64,000 bases of DNA from Armatimonadota bacterium (GCA_039680575.1 JBDKSP010000023.1:13506-77505); one strand, 5' to 3'. Shown: positions 28,162-38,577, numbered from the stretch's first letter. Notes: generated by a model not told the origin, from the sequence alone. Numbers and translations: made by a program.

Positions 28162-29298
28162 TTGAAAGCAATACTTACACTCGAAGACGGCACGACGTAC
28201 GAGGGGACATCCATCGGTATTCCCGGAACTACGTTTGGTGAGGCCGTCTTTTCCACATCTATGACCGGCTATCAGGAGATGCTGACCGACCCAAGCTACG
28301 GCGGCCAGCTTTTGACTCTCACATATCCACTTATAGGCAACTACGGAGTGACCGATGCGGACTTCGAGTCCGGGAAAGTCCAGGCTGCCGGGTTTATTGT
28401 AAAGCAGATGTGCGACGAGCCCTCCAACTGGCGAAGTACGGGGAGCCTCCAGGACTTCCTCGTGAAAAACAACGTGGTAGGAATCCAGGGGATAGACACC
28501 CGCGCCCTGACCAGGCACTTGAGGGTCCGCGGGGTCATGATGGGCTCGATTTCGACAGAGTACACCGCGGGTGAACTGATCGAGAAGATAAAGGAGCAGC
28601 CGAACTACTCCAAAATCGACTTCGTCCGCAGGGTCACGACTCCAGAGGTCTACGAATGGATGGGAGATGCCGAAGTCGAAGCCAATCGAGGCAACGCCCT
28701 TCCCGGAAGCCCTATTCCTAGGCCGGACGGCCCGAGGATCGCGCTTGTCGACTGCGGCGTAAAGCGGAATATTATGAGAAACCTCGCTTCGCTCGGCTGC
28801 CGGATCACCGTGTTCCCCTGCTACGCAAAGGCGGAAGAGATTCTGGCGATAGACCCCGCCGGGGTAGTCATTTCTCCCGGCCCTGGCGACCCTGAAATGC
28901 TCGGCTATATGGTAGATGAGGTCAAAAAGCTGATCGGTAAAAAGCCGATTCTGGGCATCTGTCTAGGCCACCAACTCCTGGCATGGGCGTTTGGAGGCAG
29001 GACATTCAAACTGAAGTTTGGTCACAGAGGAGGAAACCATCCGGTCAAAGACCTTATGACCGGACGGGTCTACATAACGAGCCAGAACCATGGTTATGCG
29101 GTCGATGCCGACTCCCTCACAGGTAAAGGCATAGACGCGACGATGATTAATTTGAACGACGGGACGGTCGAGGGGCTTACGCACAAAGAGCTCCCAATCT
29201 TCTCGATGCAGTACCACCCCGAGGCCTCACCCGGTCCCAGGGACAGTGCGTATAATTTCCGACGATTCTTCGAGGTAGTAAAAGCGGTGGATTTATAA
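28162..29298 (+). CDS. carA: Carbamoyl-phosphate synthase small (glutaminase) subunit
   Basis: Start chosen at TTG 28162 (RBS GGAGGGG; LKAILTLEDGTTYEG matches the usual CarA N-terminus) inside ORF 28132-29298. GICLGHQLL catalytic Cys and HGYAV. Confidence 0.93.
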   Translation: MKAILTLEDGTTYEGTSIGIPGTTFGEAVFSTSMTGYQEMLTDPSYGGQLLTLTYPLIGNYGVTDADFESGKVQAAGFIVKQMCDEPSNWRSTGSLQDFLVKNNVVGIQGIDTRALTRHLRVRGVMMGSISTEYTAGELIEKIKEQPNYSKIDFVRRVTTPEVYEWMGDAEVEANRGNALPGSPIPRPDGPRIALVDCGVKRNIMRNLASLGCRITVFPCYAKAEEILAIDPAGVVISPGPGDPEMLGYMVDEVKKLIGKKPILGICLGHQLLAWAFGGRTFKLKFGHRGGNHPVKDLMTGRVYITSQNHGYAVDADSLTGKGIDATMINLNDGTVEGLTHKELPIFSMQYHPEASPGPRDSAYNFRRFFEVVKAVDL

Positions 29299-29500
29299 TC
29301 ACGAAAGCACGAAATTAGGAAAACACGAAATAGGGACAGAGGGAATGGTGGAGACTTGTGCTTCTCCCCGTGTGCCCACGGGGTAAGATGAACTACGGTC
29401 TCGAAGCATAGGGTAGGAGGAATCTATTATGCTTCGGGATAACATCCCGAAGCACGACATCCACTAGTTCTTTCTTCCTTTCGCGTTTTCGTGATAAGGA
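29299..29500. repeat. MITE-like element (~200 bp) with ~27-bp imperfect terminal inverted repeats between carA and carB
   Basis: Left ATCACGAAAGCACGAAATTAGGAAAACACGAAA. Right CTTTCTTCCTTTCGCGTTTTCGTGATA (inverse TATCACGAAAACGCGAAAGGAAGAAAG). Interior has GGTGGAGA...CATCCAC and hairpin GCTTCGGGATAACATCCCGAAGC. Confidence 0.65.
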
Positions 29501-29520
29501 ACCTTGCCTAAGGAGTAACA

Positions 29521-32500
29521 ATGCCAAAGAGTGATAATATTAAAAAGGTTATGGTCATAGGGTCCGGGCCGATTGTGATCGGGCAGGCGGCGGAGTTCGA
29601 CTATGCAGGGACGCAGGCCTGTACGGCGCTCAGGGAAGAGGGGATCGAGGTCGTTTTGATGAACTCGAACCCGGCTACGATCATGACCGATACGGAGATT
29701 GCCGATAAGGTCTACATCGAGCCGCTGAACGTCGAGTTTGCCACAAAGATCATAGAGCAGGAGCGGCCTGACGGGCTTTTGCCCACTCTTGGCGGACAGA
29801 CTGGTCTGAACCTTGCTACCCGGCTTGCGAACCAGGGCGTGCTGGAGAAATATGACGTGAAGCTGCTTGGCACCCCGCTTTCCGCCATTCGGATGGCTGA
29901 AGACAGGGAAGAGTTCCGTCAGCTTATGCGCCGGATAGATGAACCAGTCCCTGAGAGCTGGATAGTCGAAAACATCGATGACCTTAAAGCCATTTTGACC
30001 AGGAATCCCCACTTTCCGCTCATCGTTCGACCTGCTTACACACTTGGCGGGACCGGCGGAGGCATTGCGCACAACGCTGATGAGCTGATCGAGATCGGCA
30101 GCCGGGGCTTGAAGCTCTCCATGCGGAGCCAGGTAATGATAGAGCGCAGTCTCATCGGCTGGAAAGAGATCGAATACGAAGTGATGCGGGACGGCGCGGA
30201 CAACTGCATCACCGTCTGTAACATGGAAAACTTCGACCCGATGGGTGTGCATACGGGCGACTCCATCGTAATCGCTCCTTCGCAGACTCTTTCGGACAAA
30301 GAGTACCAGATGCTCCGCAGCACCTCGCTCAAGATCATCCGCGCGCTCGGAATCGAGGGCGGATGTAACGTCCAGCTTGCCCTTAACCCGAAGAGCTTCG
30401 AATATTATGTGATCGAGGTAAACCCAAGGGTCAGCCGGTCTTCGGCGCTTGCATCGAAGGCCACAGGATACCCAATCGCCCGTGTTGCAGCGAAGATCGC
30501 GGCCGGGCTCACGCTCGACGAGATCCCGAACGCCGTTACGAAGAAGACTCTTGCCTGCTTCGAGCCTGCGCTCGACTATGTAGTCGTCAAGATCCCGCGC
30601 TGGCCGTTCGATAAGTTCTCCCAGGCCGACCGCACCATCGGGACTCAGATGAAAGCGACCGGAGAGGTCATGTCGATAGACCGGACATTCGAGGCTGCGC
30701 TCATGAAGGCTGTGAGGTCGCTTGAGATAGGGATGTACTCGCTCAAGCCCAAACATGCCGACCTTTTGAGTGACATGGACATCGAAGAAGGGCTCAAAAC
30801 CGCGACGGACGAGCGGTTGTTCATCGTGGCTGAGGCGCTTCGCCGGGGGATGATGGTCGATGAGATCGCGGACCTCTCCAACATCGATCCCTGGTTTCTC
30901 AACAAGATTAAAGGCATAGTCGACCTGGAAAACGAGCTGAAATCGTCGGCTGAGAGCGTCCTGGCGATAGGCTCAGGACAGTCCGAAAGCAGCGCAATTG
31001 AGCTTTTGAGAAAGGCGAAGGAACTGCGGTTCCCGGACAAGTTGATAAGCGATCTTACCGGCATCGGTGACAGGTACCTCAGATGGCTTGCCAGAAAGTA
31101 CAACTTGCGCCCGACTTATAAGATGGTGGATACCTGCGCTGCCGAGTTCGAAGCTGCGACACCTTACTTCTACTCCTGTGCCGAGGAAGAAGACGAAGCG
31201 GAATGTGTAGATAGGGAACAGGACCGGCCGGTCCCTGCCAGAAAGGCCATCGTCATCGGCTCCGGGCCTATAAGGATCGGGCAGGGGATCGAGTTTGATT
31301 ACTGCAGCGTGCACTGCGTACTTGCGCTGAGAGATGCCGGGTATAAGTCGATCATCATAAACAACAACCCAGAGACGGTCTCGACCGACTTCGACACATC
31401 CGACAAGCTCTACTTCGAGCCGCTTACGGCGGAGGATGTGATGAATATTATCGACGAAGAGCATCCCGATGGCGTCATTGTGCAGTTCGGCGGCCAGACA
31501 GCGATCAACCTCGCTGGTCCGCTGCACCAGGCTGGAGTCCCGATATTCGGGTCGAGTTATGAATCGATCGAGCTCGCCGAAGACAGAGACAAGTTTGAGC
31601 GGATACTAAGAGAGCTTTCGATTCCGAAGCCAGACGGCCGCGCTGTGACATGCGCCGAGGATGCGGTGCAGGTGGCCGAGGAGATCGGCTATCCGGTTTT
31701 GGTGAGACCGAGCTGGGTGCTCGGCGGCCGGGCGATGGAGATCATCTACAACCGGCTGGAACTGCTTTCGTATATGGCTTACGTCGTGGAGGTCTCGCCG
31801 GAAGCGCCTATCCTCGTCGATAAATACATCGTCGGCAAAGAAGTGGAAGTGGATGTCATCTCGGACGGTGTTGATTGCCTGATTCCGGGGATTATGGAGC
31901 ACATCGAGCGGGCTGGGGTGCATTCCGGCGACTCGATGGCCGTATGCCCGCCGCAGACGCTCTCACAGGATGTCATCAACCAGATTGTCGACCATTCGAT
32001 CAAGCTCGCCGGGGCGCTCGAAGTCAAGGGGCTGATGAACATCCAGTACGTCGTAGACGATGGCCTCGTCCAGGTGATAGAGGTCAACCCGCGCGCGAGC
32101 CGCACGGTACCGTATCTCTCGAAAATCACCGGCGTGCCGATGATCAAGGTTGCAACGAATATCATCCTCGGCCAGAGCCTGATATCGCAGGGCTACGGGA
32201 CCGGGCTTTACCAGAAACAGCCCAGTCTGGCCGTGAAGGCGCCGGTCTTCTCCTTCCAGAAGCTGACTGAAGTGGATATTTCGCTTGGGCCTGAGATGAA
32301 ATCGACCGGCGAGATAATGGGGATCGATACGGACTACTCTCGCGCTCTCTACAAGGCGATGGTCGCGGCCGGAATCGATGTGCCGCTTGAGGGAAGCCTC
32401 ATCGCAACGATTGCAGACCAGGACAAGGATGAGGCACTGCCGATCATCAGGCAATTTTCCGAGCTGGGTTACAGAATATACTCCACCGGAGGCACCGCTA

Positions 32501-32817
32501 GCTTCCTGAAGTCGAACGGCATCGAAGCGACGACGGTCCACAAGATCAGCGACGGAGAGTCTCCGAACCTGCTGGACCTGGTACGGGGCGGCAAGGTAGA
32601 ACTTCTGATAAACACGATGTCGAAAGACAAAAAGACGGAGATGGAGGCCGCGATAATCCGAAAAGCCAGCGTCCAGCACGGCATCCCGTGCATGACATCG
32701 CTCGATACGGCTAAAGCGCTCCTTTGTGCCTTGTCCGCCAAACGAAACGGCGAGCGGTTCGAGTGCTTGACGATAGACAAGTATCTTGGAAACGGCCGGG
32801 CAGCGAAGAAGTCCTGA
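29521..32817 (+). CDS. carB: Carbamoyl-phosphate synthase large subunit
   Basis: 1098 aa. [24 protein letters not shown], a duplicated ATP-grasp half ([20 protein letters not shown]) and a C-terminal MGS-like domain. Confidence 0.97.
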   Translation: MPKSDNIKKVMVIGSGPIVIGQAAEFDYAGTQACTALREEGIEVVLMNSNPATIMTDTEIADKVYIEPLNVEFATKIIEQERPDGLLPTLGGQTGLNLATRLANQGVLEKYDVKLLGTPLSAIRMAEDREEFRQLMRRIDEPVPESWIVENIDDLKAILTRNPHFPLIVRPAYTLGGTGGGIAHNADELIEIGSRGLKLSMRSQVMIERSLIGWKEIEYEVMRDGADNCITVCNMENFDPMGVHTGDSIVIAPSQTLSDKEYQMLRSTSLKIIRALGIEGGCNVQLALNPKSFEYYVIEVNPRVSRSSALASKATGYPIARVAAKIAAGLTLDEIPNAVTKKTLACFEPALDYVVVKIPRWPFDKFSQADRTIGTQMKATGEVMSIDRTFEAALMKAVRSLEIGMYSLKPKHADLLSDMDIEEGLKTATDERLFIVAEALRRGMMVDEIADLSNIDPWFLNKIKGIVDLENELKSSAESVLAIGSGQSESSAIELLRKAKELRFPDKLISDLTGIGDRYLRWLARKYNLRPTYKMVDTCAAEFEAATPYFYSCAEEEDEAECVDREQDRPVPARKAIVIGSGPIRIGQGIEFDYCSVHCVLALRDAGYKSIIINNNPETVSTDFDTSDKLYFEPLTAEDVMNIIDEEHPDGVIVQFGGQTAINLAGPLHQAGVPIFGSSYESIELAEDRDKFERILRELSIPKPDGRAVTCAEDAVQVAEEIGYPVLVRPSWVLGGRAMEIIYNRLELLSYMAYVVEVSPEAPILVDKYIVGKEVEVDVISDGVDCLIPGIMEHIERAGVHSGDSMAVCPPQTLSQDVINQIVDHSIKLAGALEVKGLMNIQYVVDDGLVQVIEVNPRASRTVPYLSKITGVPMIKVATNIILGQSLISQGYGTGLYQKQPSLAVKAPVFSFQKLTEVDISLGPEMKSTGEIMGIDTDYSRALYKAMVAAGIDVPLEGSLIATIADQDKDEALPIIRQFSELGYRIYSTGGTASFLKSNGIEATTVHKISDGESPNLLDLVRGGKVELLINTMSKDKKTEMEAAIIRKASVQHGIPCMTSLDTAKALLCALSAKRNGERFECLTIDKYLGNGRAAKKS

Positions 32818-32864
32818 TTGAGTAAGAGTTCACTCTTGCAAGAATTATATATCACCCTGAACAG

Positions 32865-33030
32865 CCAGCACGTCACCCTGAACTAAGGAGTTTCAGGTAA
32901 TACCTGAAACTCTCCCCGGAAGATTTTCGGCTATAGCCGAAAACCCATAGATTCAGGGTCCATTTTCTTCCTGGATGCTGAGTCAAGCTCAGGGTGACGT
33001 TGTGATAATTCAGCATGATGTTATACTCAT
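32865..33030. repeat. Family-A short form plus family-B hairpin repeat (copy 2)
   Basis: Nearly identical to 17125-17300. Here ACGTCACCCTGA (32870-32881) and TCAGGGTGACGT (32989-33000) form a 12-bp inverted repeat inside the copy. Confidence 0.8.
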
Positions 33031-33166
33031 CAACTCTCCTAACTAACACGGCGTAGCGTGCTAGTTTTTTGATAACTCGGCGCGCCGGGTGGGACACTGA
33101 ACTCTTACCTGATTGACAACCGATAGGCCATAGGCTATAAAGAAGTTAAGCCCGCAGCATTACTTA

Positions 33167-33221
33167 CAGAGTTTCGGCAGTTGATTTGACTGATAATAAA
33201 TATTTTTCAGCCGAAACTCTG
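33167..33221. repeat. Family-A stem-2-like hairpin
   Basis: CAGAGTTTCGGC (33167-33178) and GCCGAAACTCTG (33210-33221), with a 31-nt AT-rich loop. Confidence 0.55.
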
Positions 33222-33297
33222 AGGGCTGTTTTAAGCAGTTTGAAGTAGTGCCCGCGGGCTTTTTTAACAGCCATAGAGAGTCCGGAAGGAGAAAAAG

Positions 33298-34034
33298 ATG
33301 AATAGAATCCAAATGCTGCTGCTCTTCGCGCTTGTGTTTCTCATTGCACTGACCACAATGCCTGCATCGGCGGATACTGCAATGCTGACTATCCATCCCG
33401 GTGAAAACTGGATCTCTCTGCCGCTCGTTCCGCTGAACAATAACCCTGCTGTATTGTTCGCAGGAATCGATATCGACCAAAATCTTGCCAAATTCGACCC
33501 ATCGACACAGACATCAGTGGTATACAATTCCTCGAACCCGGGCAATTTCGGAGGGGGGAGGGCTATATTCTGAACTACACCGGCACAGAGGCAAAAACCG
33601 TCTCCTATGCAGGTGCTCGGGACGGGCTTGGAGACGGGAACGGCAATAATATGACCGATGTGTGGATCAGCCTGGTTAACGAAACCAACTGGATTGGGCA
33701 TCCGTTCAACCACATTACCCCTTTCAGCAGTCTTATGGTCACAGACCATGACTCGATGTTAAGTATCGATGAAGCAATCAGCAGGGGATGGCTCGACGGA
33801 TTATGGACTACGATGGACAACGAGACGAAAGAGACACATACAGTCGGGCTGTCATCATTGAAGGCGGACGATCTTTACCTCAGACCTGGCTCAATGTACA
33901 AAGTGACGACCCACGTGGATCAACTCGGCCTAATAATCCATGCATATACCAACGTTCCCGAACCATCGAGCTTCCTTTCTCTTGTCTTTGGCCTTGGCGG
34001 AGCTGGCGGGATGATGTTGAGGAGAAAAAGATAG
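33298..34034 (+). pseudogene. PEP-CTERM-anchored secreted protein interrupted by a frameshift at a G-run
   Basis: ORF 33298-33573 (signal peptide MNRIQMLLLFALVFLIALTTMPASA) and ORF 33651-34034 ending VPEPSSFLSLVFGLGGAGGMMLRRKR (PEP-CTERM sorting signal). The second frame is open back through CGGAGGGGGGAGGGC (~33549-33563), giving ...EGYILNYTGTEAKTVSYAG..., so one indel in the G-run would join them. Confidence 0.7.
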
Positions 34035-34055
34035 AGTTGTGGAATACCACAAACA

Positions 34056-35120
34056 TTGAGAACAAGAATGACTGACTTCAGACAAATCATCATTAAGAAT
34101 CTAGCATACTCCCCTGAAATAGTAGAATCACCAGAGGTTATTATCGAGATTGATTCACTTCTCCATCGTGTTGATCAGGCTGGGCACCAGAAGCTTGTTG
34201 ATAATTTTTGCAACCAGACTGATCCAGAGCGTGCCAGAGATTTCCTTCTGGAGTTATGGATTTGCGATTTACTATCCTGTGATAGCAGAGTAGAGAATTT
34301 ACAATATGAACCTGCAGACGAATCTTTTCCACCAGACTTTAGATTCATGATCGATGGATGTGCATTTGATCTACAAGTTAAACGAATGCATAATGTCAAT
34401 AATGAGATCATTAGGCGGCGTTTCAGAAGGGAAATTGAGCGTAGATTATCTTATATTCAGAAGCCATGGTTCATTGACTATTGGCTTTCTGAAAAGTTGC
34501 AACCAAAGCATATAAATGCATTCTTTGACAGCCTAAACAAAAATATCGACCGTAAGAGGCTAACACACAGCAGTGTAAAAGCTTTAATGGCAGAACACTA
34601 TCGTTGGAGTCAAGATGGTGTTTTGCTTGTTAAGTATGCATTTAGGCTTAATAATTCAGGTGAACTTGGTATTCAACCAGGTGTTTACCATGGTCCTTGT
34701 GGTTGTATAGACCTTGAAGCCATACGTAAATCTGTAGATAATATATTAAAAAAATCCCGGAAGACTCTTACACATGAGGTTTCCACCACACAATCAAACA
34801 TAGTTTTAATTGAAGCAGTTGGAGATGTATGGCTAGATAAGGATACTATGGAGACTTCTTTGTGGGGAGACAGGATTGTCAGGTTGTTTGCACTACAAGA
34901 TGGCTCTAGAAAAATGGTTTTGACACATGCGCAGAACGGATTGTTTAGAGATGGTCAGTTTCACAGGATATGCGGTGTAATCTTTATAGATCGAAACGCC
35001 AATCCTATTGATGAAATTTTTAAAGGTTCTTATTTTGCGCATCCAATGCATATTCATAATATAAAGAAACATCCCAAACCGTTTAGCAATATGTCTTTCA
35101 TCATACCTAAAGATTGGTAG
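34056..35120 (+). CDS. AT-rich orphan hypothetical protein (start may be ATG 34068)
   Basis: 354 aa with no recognised family. Possible nuclease-like PDFRFMIDGCAFDLQVKR segment (weak). Composition is clearly AT-richer than the flanking genes. Confidence 0.5.
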   Translation: MRTRMTDFRQIIIKNLAYSPEIVESPEVIIEIDSLLHRVDQAGHQKLVDNFCNQTDPERARDFLLELWICDLLSCDSRVENLQYEPADESFPPDFRFMIDGCAFDLQVKRMHNVNNEIIRRRFRREIERRLSYIQKPWFIDYWLSEKLQPKHINAFFDSLNKNIDRKRLTHSSVKALMAEHYRWSQDGVLLVKYAFRLNNSGELGIQPGVYHGPCGCIDLEAIRKSVDNILKKSRKTLTHEVSTTQSNIVLIEAVGDVWLDKDTMETSLWGDRIVRLFALQDGSRKMVLTHAQNGLFRDGQFHRICGVIFIDRNANPIDEIFKGSYFAHPMHIHNIKKHPKPFSNMSFIIPKDW

Positions 35121-35214
35121 ATTGGTAATATAGACGATGAATCCATTGCTCGAAGGAAAGATAAACAATGATTTACGCAAGGGGAGTTTTAGTGTCTTGA
35201 ATAGCGAGTGTGTA

Positions 35215-35255
35215 TTATAAAAAGAGACGAGGGGGGTTATTGAATCCTCGTCTCT
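35215..35255 (-). terminator. Rho-independent terminator of the cysteine desulfurase gene (bidirectional-looking)
   Basis: AGAGACGAGG (35223-35232) pairs with CCTCGTCTCT (35246-35255). On the minus strand the hairpin is followed by TTTTTATAAT. Confidence 0.7.
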
Positions 35256-35275
35256 TCTATTGTTATAATAGTTCG

Positions 35276-36466
35276 TTACTTCGTCCCGACGCCTTCTGCT
35301 TTCTTCGCGGAGTAGAGCGGGGACATCATCCTCAGCCGCTCGACGATTACCGGGAGCGCTTCGAGCACGTTTTTCACGTCCCATTCCGTGTTTTCACGCC
35401 CCAGCGTGAGCCTCAGGCTGCCGTGTGCTTCTTCATGCTTTAGACCGAGAGACATCAGCACATGGGATGGGTCGAGCGAGCCGGATGTGCATGCGCTGCC
35501 TGACGACGCGCAGATCCCGTGCATGTCGAGGAGCAGAATGATGGATTCACCCTCTATCCCGTCGAAGGATACGTTCACATTGTTCGGCAGCCGCCTGCTG
35601 CGGTGGCCGTTCAGGCGGACATCGGGGATTTTTGCCAGGATGCCGTCGATCAGCTTGTCCCGGAGAGCCGTGAGTTGGGGGCCTGTCTCACCCATGCTCT
35701 CCCGTGCGATCTTTGCAGCCTTCCCGAGCCCGACTATTCCCGGCACATTGTGCGTCCCAGCGCGCCGGTTCATCTCCTGTCCGCCGCCCATCATAAACCG
35801 CTGGATTTTCGTTCCCTTGCGCAGGTACATCGCGCCGACGCCCTTCGGACCGTAGAGCTTGTGGGCAGATATGGAAAGCGCGTCGCAGCCTATCTCGTTC
35901 ACATCTACAGGGATACTGCCGACTGCCTGAACGGTGTCCGTATGGAAGATGATATTTCGCGCGCGCGCGATCTTTCCGATTTCCTCGACCGGCTGAATCG
36001 TACCGATCTCGTTGTTCGCGTGCATCACGGAGATGATGATCGTCCGGTCGGTGATTGCGCGCTCTACATCTTCCGGGTCCACCATACCGTCTTTATCAAC
36101 CGGTAGATATGTGACTGTAAACCCGTGCTTCTCAAGGAAATGGCAGGTCTCAAGGATCGCATGATGCTCTATCTTGCTCGTGATGATATGGTTGCCCTTG
36201 CCCTCGTTTGCGAACGCCGCGCCGGTGAGCGCCCAGTTGTCCGATTCCGTCCCGCCGCTTGTGAAGTAGATCTCGTCCGGCTTTGCGCCGATAAGAAGCG
36301 CCACACTCTCTCGTGCTTCTTCGACCGCCGACTTTGCATCTTTACCAAGCGAGTACAAAGTAGATGCGCTTCCGAACCGGTCGGTGAAATACGGCAGCAT
36401 CGCCTGTAACACCTCAGGGTCAGTCGGCGTTGTTGCCGCGTGGTCAAGATAGATGACTTTGTACAT
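35276..36466 (-). CDS. Cysteine desulfurase (NifS/IscS class I aminotransferase V)
   Basis: 396 aa. IYLDHAATTP, PLP-lysine SAHKLYGPKGVGA, catalytic loop SGSACTSGS. Confidence 0.9.
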   Translation of the reverse strand: MYKVIYLDHAATTPTDPEVLQAMLPYFTDRFGSASTLYSLGKDAKSAVEEARESVALLIGAKPDEIYFTSGGTESDNWALTGAAFANEGKGNHIITSKIEHHAILETCHFLEKHGFTVTYLPVDKDGMVDPEDVERAITDRTIIISVMHANNEIGTIQPVEEIGKIARARNIIFHTDTVQAVGSIPVDVNEIGCDALSISAHKLYGPKGVGAMYLRKGTKIQRFMMGGGQEMNRRAGTHNVPGIVGLGKAAKIARESMGETGPQLTALRDKLIDGILAKIPDVRLNGHRSRRLPNNVNVSFDGIEGESIILLLDMHGICASSGSACTSGSLDPSHVLMSLGLKHEEAHGSLRLTLGRENTEWDVKNVLEALPVIVERLRMMSPLYSAKKAEGVGTK

Positions 36467-36477
36467 TATCGTTCCCC

Positions 36478-37002
36478 CTATGTATTGTCAATCGTAGTTC
36501 CTGTAAGCTCAAGATGGGTACGGTTTACTATGCAGCAGCCGATGTGGTCGTCTCCGCAGCGCAGGCATACAGAATCGACGCTTTTTCGGTCTTCGAGCAT
36601 GGCCGCGAGAAGCGCCTCAATCCCGCGCATCACGCCTTCGAGGTCTTCGGGCTTGACTCTTGCAAGCGCCCGCGCCAGTATTTCCGTCCGTTTCGCGAGG
36701 ATATGGGTTCCGAGCTCATGGCCAGCCTCTGTCAGCCCAATAAGCGACACTCGCCTGTCGGACTTGCTCTCCGTCCGGCGCACGAAGCCTTTTTTTCGCA
36801 GCCTGTCTACCATCCTGACGGCGGCAGGGTGGCTTATCGTAAGCCCCTGGGCAATTTCTCCGACTGGAGACTCGCCATGATGATATAGATACGAGAGCCC
36901 CTGAAGCTGGGACGGCGTAAGTCCCAAATCTTCCGGCTCCATGCTCGCCACTACCTTTCCGAACAGGGTAGCAATCTTTTCTACGTACCGGGCAGTATCC
37001 AT
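36478..37002 (-). CDS. MarR-family transcriptional regulator with Cys-rich C-terminal extension
   Basis: 174 aa. Winged-helix LTPSQLQGLSYLYHHGESPVGEIAQGLTISHPAAVRMVDRLRKKGFVRR...DRRV. Tail DSVCLRCGDDHIGCCIVNRTH has four Cys. Confidence 0.85.
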   Translation of the reverse strand: MDTARYVEKIATLFGKVVASMEPEDLGLTPSQLQGLSYLYHHGESPVGEIAQGLTISHPAAVRMVDRLRKKGFVRRTESKSDRRVSLIGLTEAGHELGTHILAKRTEILARALARVKPEDLEGVMRGIEALLAAMLEDRKSVDSVCLRCGDDHIGCCIVNRTHLELTGTTIDNT

Positions 37003-37033
37003 GTTTGTCTGCTATATACCCAAAACACCAATT

Positions 37034-37050
37034 ACGTAACCTGGTTACAT
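37034..37050. promoter_or_regulatory. Palindrome, candidate MarR operator
   Basis: GTAACC-T-GGTTAC (37036-37048), perfect 6-bp arms, ~35 nt upstream of the MarR start codon. Confidence 0.35.
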
Positions 37051-37230
37051 ATTATTTGATAAGATTAGTTGTGTCAAGCCCTGAAAGTCATTATTGATCC
37101 CTCTTTACTCATCCCTTGTGGAGGTGGATAAATTAAAAAAGCAAATTTTTCTTTTCCGCAGGCCGTCTCTCTGTTATACTGTAAAATAAACAGAATTTTC
37201 TGTAGTCTACATTTATACCGGAGCGGCAGA

Positions 37231-37839
37231 TTGATCAGGATAGTTGATTACGGCATGGGCAACCTGCGCAGTGTGCAGAAGGCGCTCGAACGCGTCGGCC
37301 ATACCGCCGAATTGACTCAAGATCCGGCTGAAATCCGAAATGCCGAGAGGTTGGTCCTTCCCGGTGTAGGAGCGTTCGGCGCAGCGATGAAAAACCTCGA
37401 ACGCTTCGGGTTGATAGATGCCGTTAAGGATTATGCGGGCTCCGGAAGGCCGTTTCTTGGGATATGCCTGGGCATGCAGCTGCTGCTCACTCAAAGTGAG
37501 GAGCAGGGTATCTTCGACGGGCTGGATATTATCCACGGCAAGGTCGTGAAGTTTCCGCCGCCGGATGAATCAGGGCAGAAAGTGCCGCACATGGGCTGGA
37601 ATTCACTCCGAAAGACGGGCGATTGCCCGCTTCTGGAAGGAGTGCCGGACGGTGCAAGCGTTTACTTCGTCCACTCTTATTACACCGACCCGCCGAAAGA
37701 GGCCGCAGCGGCCTACACAGACTACGCGGTAGAGTTCTGCTCCGTCATCGGGAAAGATAATATATACGCGACCCAGTTTCACCCGGAAAAAAGCGGAGCC
37801 GTAGGGCTCAAAATACTGGAAAATTTTGCCGCCATCTGA
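37231..37839 (+). CDS. hisH: Imidazole glycerol phosphate synthase, glutamine amidotransferase subunit (TTG start)
   Basis: 202 aa. RIVDYGMGNLRSV, LGICLGMQLL, FHPEKS. Confidence 0.9.
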   Translation: MIRIVDYGMGNLRSVQKALERVGHTAELTQDPAEIRNAERLVLPGVGAFGAAMKNLERFGLIDAVKDYAGSGRPFLGICLGMQLLLTQSEEQGIFDGLDIIHGKVVKFPPPDESGQKVPHMGWNSLRKTGDCPLLEGVPDGASVYFVHSYYTDPPKEAAAAYTDYAVEFCSVIGKDNIYATQFHPEKSGAVGLKILENFAAI

Positions 37840-37854
37840 CAGGAGAATAGAGTT

Positions 37855-38577
37855 ATGGAAGTCATACCTGCAATCGATATAATCGGAGGAAAATGTGTCC
37901 GGCTTGTCCAGGGACAGTTTGATCAGGAGACGGTTTTTTCCGACAGTCCTGCCGATATGGCGAAGGAATGGGAACAGCAGGGAGCGACGAGACTTCATGT
38001 AGTCGATCTGGACGGTGCGCGGACCGGTGCGCCCGAAAACCTGAAGGTAATGGAATCCATAATAAGCGTTGTGAACATCCCGGTGCAGGTCGGCGGCGGG
38101 GTAAGGTCTATCAATAAGGCGCAGCAGGTCTTGAATGTCGGGGTAGAACGGGTAATAGTCGGCACATCCGCCGCGCTCGACAGCGACACGGCGAAAATGA
38201 TGTTCGATGAGCTTGGCGACCGGGTGATACTCGGCGTCGATGCACTGAACGGCTATGTGGCCGTGAGAGGGTGGCAGGCACGGACCGAAGAGCGAGCCGT
38301 GGATTTCGCCCGGCGGATGACCGCTCTGGGGGCTAAACGTATAATTTTTACCGATATTTCTCGGGATGGTATGTTGAGCGGCGTTAATGCGTTTGCCATA
38401 GAGAAGATGGTCGCAGCAGTAGACATTCCTGTGATAGCCTCAGGCGGAGTCGGAAGTATAGCAGACATAAAACGTCTTCGCCCATTGAAAGGCAAAGGGC
38501 TTGAAGGCGTAATTCTCGGAAAAGCGCTCTATGTCGGCTCCGTAGCCCTCCCCGAAGCCATATCCGCGGCAAGATAG
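37855..38577 (+). CDS. hisA: ProFAR isomerase (phosphoribosylformimino-5-aminoimidazole carboxamide ribotide isomerase)
   Basis: 240 aa. VIPAIDIIGGKCVRLVQG, FTDISRDGML, ASGGVGS. Confidence 0.9.
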   Translation: MEVIPAIDIIGGKCVRLVQGQFDQETVFSDSPADMAKEWEQQGATRLHVVDLDGARTGAPENLKVMESIISVVNIPVQVGGGVRSINKAQQVLNVGVERVIVGTSAALDSDTAKMMFDELGDRVILGVDALNGYVAVRGWQARTEERAVDFARRMTALGAKRIIFTDISRDGMLSGVNAFAIEKMVAAVDIPVIASGGVGSIADIKRLRPLKGKGLEGVILGKALYVGSVALPEAISAAR

